A stretch of DNA of 29,843 nucleotides from a virus (Duplodnaviria > Heunggongvirae > Uroviricota > Caudoviricetes). Under the pieces are notes generated by a model, which ran no database searches, had not been told where the DNA came from, and saw only the letters and a list, made by a program, of their open reading frames with translations. The stretch lies in the IMG/VR virus record IMGVR_UViG_3300021407_000008. One strand, written 5' to 3'. A program made the position numbers and the translations under genes. The number at the start of each line of letters is the position of its first letter. Within the stretch, counting starts at the first letter, position 1. Below are positions 8,147-16,493 of this stretch, one piece after another.

Positions 8147-8821
8147 TTAGTGCGGAATTAGTGATTGCAAAAAGAACGAACGCCCTACTCCGGGACTAGA
8201 AACGTTGCCGCTTGGTCCATTCCAATAAACGGAATACGTCTCTAAATTAAGTGGCGAGTGTGATAGTGGCGAAGGGTCCGTAAAAGAAATCGTGGTAATT
8301 GTTGGGGTATTGGAATTTACGTGCGTGGTTTCTAAAAATTGCTGGCTAAGCAGCTGACCGTTACGATAAAACGCGAATCGTACTGGGTCGGATGGCGAAG
8401 TAGACTGCACTGGAATAGATGCCGACATGTTTACCGGACCATTAACCACAAGAGATAATTCCATATTAGGTACGGTACTCCAGACATTGCTAGCCAAAAC
8501 TCCGCTTTGTGCTCCTGCACCTGTAACTTGTGTAGCTTGCGTACCGCCCGGAGTAGCGCTGCTAGTAAGGGTGGCGACCGGGGTGTGGGTAAGAGCTACG
8601 TCCGGCAAACTCCACATCGCACGCCTAGAACCGGGAGAGAAGTTTAGAAATGGCGACTCGTAGCCTACGTCTGTGTCATAAACATCTTGTGGAGACGCAA
8701 AGCTACGTGGGCGAATCGTAGCGGGGGAGCGGCCAGCAGAGACAGAGCCTACGTTCGCGGCAGATTGTTCTACCGCTTGGTCCTGTGTCTTTTGTAATAA
8801 TTCTTTAAGCGTTTGAGTCAT
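8147..8821 (-). CDS. Tail-associated protein (needle/spike position) with C-terminal beta-sandwich
   Basis: Directly after the nozzle gene; T/S/G linker, then alternating beta-strand pattern (WSTVPNMELSL...FAFYRNG...TYSVYW). Confidence 0.5.
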   Translation of the reverse strand: MTQTLKELLQKTQDQAVEQSAANVGSVSAGRSPATIRPRSFASPQDVYDTDVGYESPFLNFSPGSRRAMWSLPDVALTHTPVATLTSSATPGGTQATQVTGAGAQSGVLASNVWSTVPNMELSLVVNGPVNMSASIPVQSTSPSDPVRFAFYRNGQLLSQQFLETTHVNSNTPTITTISFTDPSPLSHSPLNLETYSVYWNGPSGNVSSPGVGRSFFLQSLIPH

Positions 8822-8835
8822 GTAAGTTATTGATT

Positions 8836-11280
8836 CTAATGGCCTTGCAATTGTGGCAGAGCCGAGGTCTGCGGTGCATTGCCTTCTTGTTTCCCTGATA
8901 ACCCAAGTCCCAAAACTTCATTCTGCGCCGCCTCTGCTGGCCACTGAATTAAAATTTGCACATACTTAACCGCTTCCGGTGCCTTCGATGTAAGCCATTG
9001 GTAGCGTAGGCTACGATAATTAACTGGCGTTTGCCCATAGGTTGGCGGATCGTTGATTGGGTTGGCTAGTGCGATAAAGCTACCCGTAATCTGGCTTCCG
9101 GCTTTGTTGGTAAGCGTAACGCCTTCATCGTTAGGCAAAACTGATACCGTAGGTACACTGCCAGCGTTAGTTAATTCTAGGAATACATTCTCCATCTTAG
9201 CCAAGGTTCCTGGGTCGGCTTCTTGGATAGTTCCAACAACCACATTAGGAGCATATGTGGTGCCCAAATCGCTGAACGTGTTTAAGTCTCTTTGGGCTAG
9301 CGTTGTTCCAGTACCAATCAGATACTTCCATATTCCCGCTTGGACTTCCATGGCCCCAGCAGCGGTGATGTTTGGGAATTTTAGTAATGCTGGCAAGCAC
9401 CACGCCTGCTGTCTGGAATTAAATGGATAGAGAACTTGATTCGCTACATCTAGCAAAAAAATCATGGCGTCCAAACCAGAGCGATACATAGTCACATAAG
9501 CTTGGGTTGGGTCTATGTTCTGCAACTGATCGGCAATGACTCCACCGCCCACTTCTTCCATGCCGGACGCGGTTAAGGCTAAGAATTGACGATCTGCTGT
9601 GAACATGTAGACATTAGAACCATCCGTATCCGCCGCGTTATAACTCCATAGGCCAGCATCTTTCACAAAATCGTTTACGGTGAAATTGGTTGTAGCCGTA
9701 CCGCGTACTACTAAGATTTCATCTAGGGTATGAGCCAACAAACCATTTGGTAGAGCCGTAAGGCGTGGAGCGTTGTTTGGTAGAACGAACACATAAACCG
9801 GATTCCAGTTAGATTGTTGCAATCCAGATAGCGAGTCTGGACCAGTAGAGAAATAAAGCAAATTACCAACCATACCCCATAGCCTGCCAGCAAACCACTC
9901 CATGGCAGTAAGTCCGACTGGTGGAGGAGTGTTTTGAAAATTTGTAGCCGCTTGATTGGATACGTTTAATTGATTGTCGGTAGCGGTGTCCTGCACGTTT
10001 GCGGTTGCATTAGGGAATGGCGAGTTCGGAAGTTCGTAAAACACCGTACCGCCACCTGAATCTGTGGTTCTGTAAACGTGAATATCGCTTACTTGTGGGT
10101 CGGTAGACGCCACTAGTGCGATTTGTACCGATGCTTTTCCTGTAAATGGTCCAGTATTCGTAGATGGTGGCGATGCGTTTGAAATTTCTCCGCTAACCGG
10201 ATTTCCGTAAGCGGTTACATATGACCATCCGTTGATTGCGGCGAAAGAGCCGGACCCGGTGGGCGTAACCGTTGGTCCGGTAGCTAGAAAAAATGTGATG
10301 TTTACGTTATCAACAAAGAATTCTACCCCAAGAGAGCCAGCAGGCACGCTTACTGAAATAACGCATCCAAAAGTTGAAGCATTGACGAATGTTGGCGTTA
10401 AGATTCCAACCTGCCCCCATGCGTCATTAGCTCCGCCAAAAGTTAATTGAATTGGCGTAGTCGAGTTGATAGAAGAAGTGTGGGTTCCAAATGGATTGTG
10501 CCCTGCCCCATGGGCGGTATTAAAAAGCGCGACCTGAACCTGCGCCCCCGGTACAACCGAACTAACATAGGCGTTAAATGTTACTTGTGTTCCGGCAATT
10601 TTGGCAGTGGAGGGAACCGAGAATCCGAAATTGGTAGCTTGTAGATATCCTGAGAATCTGTGTCCAAATTGCGAACCGTCCCTTACGACAGTGGCATATG
10701 CGGTTGTGGATGTGACATTGCTTGGATTGGTCCATGCCGCACTACCAGCACCCGTTGTCCCGCCAGTTCCGGCAATATTAGGTCCAGCGGTACTAGCAAT
10801 TCCAGCAATACCCCAATTGGTTACTCCTTGTGTTCCCCCCGGCCCATCCCACTTAAAAGCAAAGTTTCTGCCGCTAACAAATAAATAATTCCCCACGCCA
10901 AACATGTAACCCTTGACGCCGATTTGATCTGCTGTCTTAGTGAAGATAACCGTAGGCGTCGTATCTGTTGGACCGATGTATTCCACGTCCGCAGTCGTAT
11001 CAAAAATCTGGAATACACCTTGGCTGGCAGTTTTCCACGAATAGGTGTTGAGAAGCGTTCCGTTAAGCGATGCGGTGGAATATTGGATATATCCCGGACG
11101 GCGCTGGAGAGTTAAGCGTGGAGTTATCTCAAGGTCATTCCCGGAGAGTAAGGCATCGTAAAGCTCGATCACTCGGCGTCCCATCAACCGGATCGGAGTT
11201 ACTAGCTGATTGCGCAGCGTGACAAGCCCGGTATACCACCGGGCAAACCAGATGGCCCCCGCTTCGAAAAGATATGACAT
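8836..11280 (-). CDS. Tail nozzle / tubular protein B-like (P22 gp10 / T7 gp12 analogue) with inserted beta domains
   Basis: 814 aa, beta-rich with propeller-like repeats (WFAGRLWG...NLLYFS, YTGLVTLRN N-terminus); synteny. Confidence 0.65.
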   Translation of the reverse strand: MSYLFEAGAIWFARWYTGLVTLRNQLVTPIRLMGRRVIELYDALLSGNDLEITPRLTLQRRPGYIQYSTASLNGTLLNTYSWKTASQGVFQIFDTTADVEYIGPTDTTPTVIFTKTADQIGVKGYMFGVGNYLFVSGRNFAFKWDGPGGTQGVTNWGIAGIASTAGPNIAGTGGTTGAGSAAWTNPSNVTSTTAYATVVRDGSQFGHRFSGYLQATNFGFSVPSTAKIAGTQVTFNAYVSSVVPGAQVQVALFNTAHGAGHNPFGTHTSSINSTTPIQLTFGGANDAWGQVGILTPTFVNASTFGCVISVSVPAGSLGVEFFVDNVNITFFLATGPTVTPTGSGSFAAINGWSYVTAYGNPVSGEISNASPPSTNTGPFTGKASVQIALVASTDPQVSDIHVYRTTDSGGGTVFYELPNSPFPNATANVQDTATDNQLNVSNQAATNFQNTPPPVGLTAMEWFAGRLWGMVGNLLYFSTGPDSLSGLQQSNWNPVYVFVLPNNAPRLTALPNGLLAHTLDEILVVRGTATTNFTVNDFVKDAGLWSYNAADTDGSNVYMFTADRQFLALTASGMEEVGGGVIADQLQNIDPTQAYVTMYRSGLDAMIFLLDVANQVLYPFNSRQQAWCLPALLKFPNITAAGAMEVQAGIWKYLIGTGTTLAQRDLNTFSDLGTTYAPNVVVGTIQEADPGTLAKMENVFLELTNAGSVPTVSVLPNDEGVTLTNKAGSQITGSFIALANPINDPPTYGQTPVNYRSLRYQWLTSKAPEAVKYVQILIQWPAEAAQNEVLGLGLSGKQEGNAPQTSALPQLQGH

Positions 11281-11310
11281 TACATAGCGAAGTTTATAGG
11301 AGTTGTCAGA

Positions 11311-11445
11311 TTAGGCGGCGCGGAGGAAATCTGCTATCTTGCGAGCTACAGCTATAACTTTAGCCTTTAGGATAGCCATGAACCCATCATCTTCATTGGG
11401 ATTCCACATATGGTTCAACTGGCCGAGATTTTTGACTTGGATCAT
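11311..11445 (-). CDS. Micro-ORF, 44 aa (not in the supplied track)
   Basis: MIQVKNLGQLNHMWNPNEDDGFMAILKAKVIAVARKIADFLRAA; ATGA-coupled to the upstream ORF. Confidence 0.5.
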   Translation of the reverse strand: MIQVKNLGQLNHMWNPNEDDGFMAILKAKVIAVARKIADFLRAA

Positions 11446-11549
11446 GTACGTCTAACGTAGCGCATTTCTGTAATCTTGCTCGGCATTTGGCAGTGTGGGC
11501 ATATAACCGTCATCGGCGGGAAGAAGAATTCCCATACTTTACGAAACAT
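11442..11549 (-). CDS. Micro-ORF, 35 aa with CxxC (not in the supplied track)
   Basis: MFRKVWEFFFPPMTVICPHCQMPSKITEMRYVRRT; overlaps the upstream gene end; SD-like GAAGG upstream. Confidence 0.5.
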   Translation of the reverse strand: MFRKVWEFFFPPMTVICPHCQMPSKITEMRYVRRT

Positions 11550-11742
11550 TAGCCTTCTTCCATTCTTTTATTTCCTCCAATAAAGCTATAACGTCGTCTT
11601 CCGGTATCGCCATACTTTTTTGTCCGAGAGGATTGATTGGCTCATTAAACAATTCGATAACGGCAAATTCCCGCTTTGGATCGTGCGGACACTCATCAAC
11701 CGTAATTGCAAAAGTTCTAACTTTCGGAGTTAATGTAAACAT
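11539..11742 (-). CDS. Small hypothetical protein (67 aa), probably leaderless
   Basis: ORF track; extended -10 six nt upstream of the ATG. Confidence 0.7.
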   Translation of the reverse strand: MFTLTPKVRTFAITVDECPHDPKREFAVIELFNEPINPLGQKSMAIPEDDVIALLEEIKEWKKANVS

Positions 11743-11748
11743 AATAAC

Positions 11749-11757
11749 AATATACCA
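11749..11757 (-). promoter_or_regulatory. Extended -10 element TGgTATATT
   Basis: TGnTANNNT match 6 nt upstream of ATG 11742; no SD. Confidence 0.5.
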
Positions 11758-11797
11758 CGTCGGTTAGTGCTTTTACCTGCCTGTCGGCCACCTACGT

Positions 11798-11899
11798 TTA
11801 ATGTACTTTCGCGACGGGATATAGAATCCACTCGTAGAACCTAATGGTCGCAATAATGCCAAGCGCTAGGCCAGACAAAAAACCAACCCAGAATTTCAT
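11798..11899 (-). CDS. Single-TM micro-protein, 33 aa (not in the supplied track)
   Basis: MKFWVGFLSGLALGIIATIRFYEWILYPVAKVH; ATG directly follows the upstream TAA. Confidence 0.6.
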   Translation of the reverse strand: MKFWVGFLSGLALGIIATIRFYEWILYPVAKVH

Positions 11900-12079
11900 T
11901 TAGTCCTTTTGCGCAAGCCAGTTCTGCGCGGAGTTGCGGTTCTGGTACACGGCAAAGACTGTACCTTGGCCTTCAAACGCGGCTACGGCTTCTTGCAGCG
12001 ATGCGGCAGGGCAGTTATGAGTTTCAATTTCATTTTTGAGATTGCGGCTTACGAATGTGTAGATAAATTGCTTGGGCAT
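11900..12079 (-). CDS. Small hypothetical protein, 59 aa (not in the supplied track)
   Basis: MPKQFIYTFVSRNLKNEIETHNCPAASLQEAVAAFEGQGTVFAVYQNRNSAQNWLAQKD; AAGGA SD upstream. Confidence 0.6.
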   Translation of the reverse strand: MPKQFIYTFVSRNLKNEIETHNCPAASLQEAVAAFEGQGTVFAVYQNRNSAQNWLAQKD

Positions 12080-12104
12080 AAGGTTTTCCTTTTTGTACTA
12101 GGTG

Positions 12105-12132
12105 ATTTTAGCAGACGTGATATATAATCACG
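12105..12132. promoter_or_regulatory. Back-to-back divergent promoters with a central inverted repeat
   Basis: Minus-strand TGcTAAAAT (12113-12105); plus-strand TATAAT (12123-12128); CGTGAT-N5-ATCACG (12116-12132). Confidence 0.55.
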
Positions 12133-12134
12133 AA

Positions 12135-14336
12135 ATGGAAACCTACACCACATTCCTAGAATCCAAAACATCGTTTGCCAAAGAATGCGGACTAGATATT
12201 TCCCGCGACTCGCTCAATCCTAAGCTGTTTGACTTCCAGCGCGATATCGTTGCTTGGGCGCTTCGCAAGGGACGTGCTGCCATATTCGCGGATTGCGGAC
12301 TTGGGAAAACTCCCATGCAACTTGAATGGGCAAGGAACGTACCTGGAGATGTGTTGATATTGGCCCCGCTCGCAGTTGGCCAACAAACGGAACGCGAAGG
12401 CAATAAGTTTGGAGTTGATGCCAAGTATTTACGCAAACCTGATGGCGGCGTGATTGTCACCGTAACCAACTACGAAATGCTCGAACATTTTCCTCTTGGC
12501 AATTATTCTGGCATTGTTTTGGACGAATCGAGCATCCTGAAGTCTTACGATGGTGCATTTCGCACAGAGCTTACCGAACGTGCGCGAATTGTTCCGTATC
12601 GGCTAGCTTGTACTGCTACTCCCGCCCCTAACGATTACATGGAACTTGGTAACCATGCCGAGTTCTTAGGCGTAATGACTCGCACGGAGATGTTATCTAC
12701 TTTCTTTGTCCACGATGGCGGAGATACATCAAAGTGGAGACTAAAGAAACACGCCACGAAAGATTTCTGGAAATGGATTTGTTCTTGGGCGGTAATGCTT
12801 AGAAAGCCATCGGACCTTGGTTATGATGACCGCGACTTCATTCTCCCACCACTTGAAATTCAAGACATAATGATCGACGTAGCCAAGCCTACCGATGGAT
12901 TTTTGTTTGCGTTACCGGCTATCACGCTAGAAGAACGCCGCAAGGCGCGAAGCATTACAGTCGAAGAACGTGCAGCCAAAGTGGCGGAGATTGTGGCGAC
13001 TAAGCCGAATGAGCCATGGCTGATATGGTGTAACCTTAACACCGAAAGCGAAATCGCGGCAAAATATCTTGGAGCAGTAGAAGTGCGTGGCTCCGATTCT
13101 CGGGAAGAAAAAGAATCTAGAATGTTAGGTTTCTCCGCTGGCGATATTCGCGTGCTTGTGACCAAGCCTTCCATTGCGGGGTTTGGCATGAACTGGCAGC
13201 ATTGCCCAAACATTGTTTTCTTGGGTTTGTCGGATTCCTATGAGCAGTTCTATCAAGCGATTAGGCGTTGCTGGAGATTTGGTCAGACCAAGCCGGTGAA
13301 TTGCTACGTCGTAACTAGTTCACAAGAGGGAGCGGTAACGGAAAACATCAAGCGTAAAGAAAGAGACGCTCAAAAAATGGCAGAGGAGATGGTTAATAAT
13401 ATGCACGAATTAAACCAGAAAGAGATTCGCGGCAAGGGCGGCAAGGTAGGAAACAACGTTATTCACAGAATGGATGCTGGCGCGGGGTGGATAATGCACC
13501 TAGGCGACTGTGTGGACGTTCTAGAGAAGCGACCAGATGATTCTGTGGATTACTCAATTTTCTCCCCACCATTCGCTTCGTTGTATACCTATTCGGCGCT
13601 ACCAAACGATATGGGTAACTGCCGTACTCATTCTGAGTTTTACGAGCATTTCAAATTTCTAGTTCCACATTTATTGCGGGTTCTTAAGCCCGGAAGAAAC
13701 CTTAGTTTTCATTGTATGAATCTTCCTATGACCAAGGAACGCGACGGCGAAATCGGACTATGGGATTTTCGCGGAGAACTAATTCGCATATTTACCGATG
13801 CCGGATTTCTGTATCACTCCGAAGTTACGATTTGGAAAGACCCAGTTACGGCGATGCAGCGGACGAAGGCTATTGGGCTGCTTCATAAACAACTGAAAAA
13901 GGATTCCTGTATCAGTCGGCAAGGAATAGCGGATTATCTTGTAACCATGCGAAAGCCGGGGATAAATCCAGAACGTGTAACGCATACCGCTGAATCTTTC
14001 CCTGTTTCTCGCTGGCAAGAGTGGGCATCTCCGGTTTGGATGGATATTAACCCTAGCGATACATTGCAACGCGAGTCCGCTCGCGAACACGAAGATGAAC
14101 GGCATATTTGCCCGCTGCAATTAGAAGTCATTAGGCGCGGTATGATTCTTTGGTCGAATCCGGGAGACTTAGTGCTTAGCCCGTTCGCTGGAATTGGTTC
14201 TGAGGGATACGTGTCGATTCAGGAAGATCGTAAGTTTTTAGGGATTGAACTTAAAGAATCCTATTGGAAGCAGGCTTGTGCTAACCTTAAAATCGCGCAT
14301 AGGAAAACCGATACGTTGTTTGCGGTCGGATCATAG
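12135..14336 (+). CDS. SNF2-like helicase fused to a beta-class N4/N6 DNA methyltransferase
   Basis: Walker A FADCGLGKT, LDESS, TATP, QAIRRCWRFGQ; MTase motif IV FSPPF precedes motif I SPFAGIGS; ATG 12135 preferred over the GTG at 12102. Confidence 0.9.
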   Translation: METYTTFLESKTSFAKECGLDISRDSLNPKLFDFQRDIVAWALRKGRAAIFADCGLGKTPMQLEWARNVPGDVLILAPLAVGQQTEREGNKFGVDAKYLRKPDGGVIVTVTNYEMLEHFPLGNYSGIVLDESSILKSYDGAFRTELTERARIVPYRLACTATPAPNDYMELGNHAEFLGVMTRTEMLSTFFVHDGGDTSKWRLKKHATKDFWKWICSWAVMLRKPSDLGYDDRDFILPPLEIQDIMIDVAKPTDGFLFALPAITLEERRKARSITVEERAAKVAEIVATKPNEPWLIWCNLNTESEIAAKYLGAVEVRGSDSREEKESRMLGFSAGDIRVLVTKPSIAGFGMNWQHCPNIVFLGLSDSYEQFYQAIRRCWRFGQTKPVNCYVVTSSQEGAVTENIKRKERDAQKMAEEMVNNMHELNQKEIRGKGGKVGNNVIHRMDAGAGWIMHLGDCVDVLEKRPDDSVDYSIFSPPFASLYTYSALPNDMGNCRTHSEFYEHFKFLVPHLLRVLKPGRNLSFHCMNLPMTKERDGEIGLWDFRGELIRIFTDAGFLYHSEVTIWKDPVTAMQRTKAIGLLHKQLKKDSCISRQGIADYLVTMRKPGINPERVTHTAESFPVSRWQEWASPVWMDINPSDTLQRESAREHEDERHICPLQLEVIRRGMILWSNPGDLVLSPFAGIGSEGYVSIQEDRKFLGIELKESYWKQACANLKIAHRKTDTLFAVGS

Positions 14337-14339
14337 TGT

Positions 14340-15044
14340 TTACCTCGTTTCTCCTTTCGCGTTAATCCATTTCGTGCGCTTTAGATAAGATACTGCGCTC
14401 TCCATTAGCTCCGTATTGTGATAGAACTGCCCCATGCCCGCGTTGCACGTCCGACACAGAATACCACGAACGCACTTCCCGCATGATTTATCACCAGCGC
14501 AGCAATCATGGTCGTGATCTACATGCCAGAACGCTACTTCGTTTTCTTTGGGCCTTTTGTGGCACAGCGCAATTCCGCACTTGCCGCCTTGTTTTTCAAT
14601 GATCGCATAGAATTGATCTGCGGTTATATTGAATTTGTTTTTTAGATTTCGCGCCCAAAGTTTTTCTCTGTTATCTCTGGCATATCTGTTTACGCGGGTT
14701 CTGGTAGCAGCTATATTCTCTGGTGTGCGCGTTTTGTACTTGTAGTCGTCGTAGCATTCTTGACACATCCCCTTCGCGTAATGAATCCTGTCAGTATGGC
14801 AATCCGCCATGCGCTTACCAGTTCTCTTGCGGCGCTCTGGACGAACAATACTGTAGCACTCATAACACAAGCCAGCAGAGTAATGCTGTCTATCTGTATG
14901 GCAGGTTGCACGAACGTCTTTTACTATCGTTCCCGCCGGGCGTGATTTCTCATATCTGTAACGGTGAAAGCAGGCTTGACAAAGACCGTGGGCGCAGTGT
15001 GGTTCAAGTGGATGGCATGTAGCTTGTGGTCGTACTCTTGGCAT
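14340..15044 (-). CDS. Endonuclease VII-family HNH nuclease with three N-terminal Cys/His repeats
   Basis: QGGKCGIALC...HVDHDHDCC...CVRGILCRTCNAGMG; AAGGAG SD before ATG 15044. Confidence 0.9.
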   Translation of the reverse strand: MPRVRPQATCHPLEPHCAHGLCQACFHRYRYEKSRPAGTIVKDVRATCHTDRQHYSAGLCYECYSIVRPERRKRTGKRMADCHTDRIHYAKGMCQECYDDYKYKTRTPENIAATRTRVNRYARDNREKLWARNLKNKFNITADQFYAIIEKQGGKCGIALCHKRPKENEVAFWHVDHDHDCCAGDKSCGKCVRGILCRTCNAGMGQFYHNTELMESAVSYLKRTKWINAKGETR

Positions 15045-15064
15045 TTTGTTTCTCCTTAATGCCA

Positions 15065-15072
15065 ATTATACA
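15065..15072 (-). promoter_or_regulatory. TGTATAAT -10 element upstream of the EndoVII gene
   Basis: Exact TATAAT 20 nt upstream of the ATG; the same 8-mer precedes two other endonuclease genes. Confidence 0.5.
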
Positions 15073-15113
15073 TATAGTTCTTGGTTTTGTATACAACTAT
15101 AAGTTCTTTGTTT

Positions 15114-16451
15114 TCAGCCACCTCTAAGAATTGCAACGTCAGGAAAATAACTTTCCGATCTCATTTCTTGATCTTTTATGTCCAATGCGCGGAGCAGGTT
15201 TTGCTGATGCTGTGCTTCTTTAGTTGGCCAGCGAGGATCTTCAAACCACGCCAAGGCCGCACTGAGCACTCCGCTCCTAAGCACATAAGCCAAATTATCC
15301 GGCCACGGGTACCAAGTATTTTGCAGCGAAGTTTTTATGGGCGCTTTTTGTTGGTAGAAGATGAATGCTTGCCAGATTTGACTAGACGGTACAGGCCAGA
15401 AGCGGAATGTAAGCGTGGTCCCAAATGCCTGCCCGATAGGACTGCCGATGGTTTCCAGTATCCCGTTAGCGATTATGATTGGCGTATTGGCTGCAACGTA
15501 TAGGATTTGCGGATTGCTGGAAAACGTTATAGACGTTGTGACTAAGTTCTGTGCCGCGTTTACGCTCAGTTTCCACGTTGTTGCCGTAGCGGAATCATTC
15601 AACAAATAAAAAGCAGTTCCTACGATGTTGGTCTGCGTAATTATGATCTGACCTGCCGGATTAACCCCCAAAAGCCAATTATTGCCATTTGGGTCAGTCA
15701 AGACTACGGCGGTAGTTGCAGGCACGTTTTCGAGCAACATGCAAACCTTAAACGGCGGTTGGATGATGCTTTCGATATAGAGCGAAGAAACCACTTCTAT
15801 ATCGTGTACTGGCCTTACGGTACCAGTATTCATGTAATCCTGAAGCGTACAGTGGGAAACCCAGTTTAAGTCGCCTATGCCCTGTCCGCCATCGTTGGCC
15901 AATCCTGTAGTAGCAACGGTAAACGTTACTCCAAGGATTCCACCATTGGGAGCAACCACGAGTCCGGTAATCGGAACGTTGGTTACATTCATCGCAGATT
16001 GCGCTGCGCCGCGTATAGTGACCAAATTTCCTACTTGTGGCACGCTAGAGCCAGTCGTTACCGGAACGGAGCCTGGAGGGCCGTTTAGGCCAAATGTACC
16101 ATTGGGGGCGAAGTCGGAGAATGACGCCGTAACCGTGGTGCCAGATTGGGTTAATCCCGGCCCGTTGGCCGAGATGACAGAATTTAAATGAACTACACAT
16201 ACCGGTACGGGCGGAGCCGATCCAGCGTTTACGCTCATCTGGCATCCAGAAAGAACATAGTCTTGCTGATAGGGAATTGTCGTAAATGGCGCTATCGCGG
16301 CCTTGTTGAATTTCCAATCGTAAGGAGAAGAAAGCAAGAGTTGTAACGTATCGTTACAGATTGAAAGTGCGGGTTCGTTGGCAACCCCTCCAGCGCCGAT
16401 AAGCGGAGCCATTCTCACGTAAGTCTGAGTAAGCTGAACAACGTCGTTCAA
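15114..16451 (-). CDS. Head-tail adaptor / tubular protein A-like (P22 gp4 / T7 gp11 analogue) with a large beta insertion; may start at ATC 16469
   Basis: N-terminal helices then YDWKFN...TTIPYQQDY; C-terminal FRFWPVP...FYQQKAP...PWPD...GVL..AL...D pattern typical of adaptors. Confidence 0.65.
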   Translation of the reverse strand: MNDVVQLTQTYVRMAPLIGAGGVANEPALSICNDTLQLLLSSPYDWKFNKAAIAPFTTIPYQQDYVLSGCQMSVNAGSAPPVPVCVVHLNSVISANGPGLTQSGTTVTASFSDFAPNGTFGLNGPPGSVPVTTGSSVPQVGNLVTIRGAAQSAMNVTNVPITGLVVAPNGGILGVTFTVATTGLANDGGQGIGDLNWVSHCTLQDYMNTGTVRPVHDIEVVSSLYIESIIQPPFKVCMLLENVPATTAVVLTDPNGNNWLLGVNPAGQIIITQTNIVGTAFYLLNDSATATTWKLSVNAAQNLVTTSITFSSNPQILYVAANTPIIIANGILETIGSPIGQAFGTTLTFRFWPVPSSQIWQAFIFYQQKAPIKTSLQNTWYPWPDNLAYVLRSGVLSAALAWFEDPRWPTKEAQHQQNLLRALDIKDQEMRSESYFPDVAILRGG

Positions 16452-16493
16452 TAGAATAGTAGATGAGATAAGTTCGTCTCGATTCGTTAAAAT

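Noticed and set aside
15074-15110. Palindrome TTGTATACAA and short direct repeat TATA(A)GTTCTT as a recombinase site or insert boundary
   Set aside because: Short and AT-rich, with no matching copy seen at the other end of the insert
15081-15503. 140 aa plus-strand ORF, and other antisense ORFs across the window
   Set aside because: They shadow well-supported minus-strand genes and have no motifs or SD
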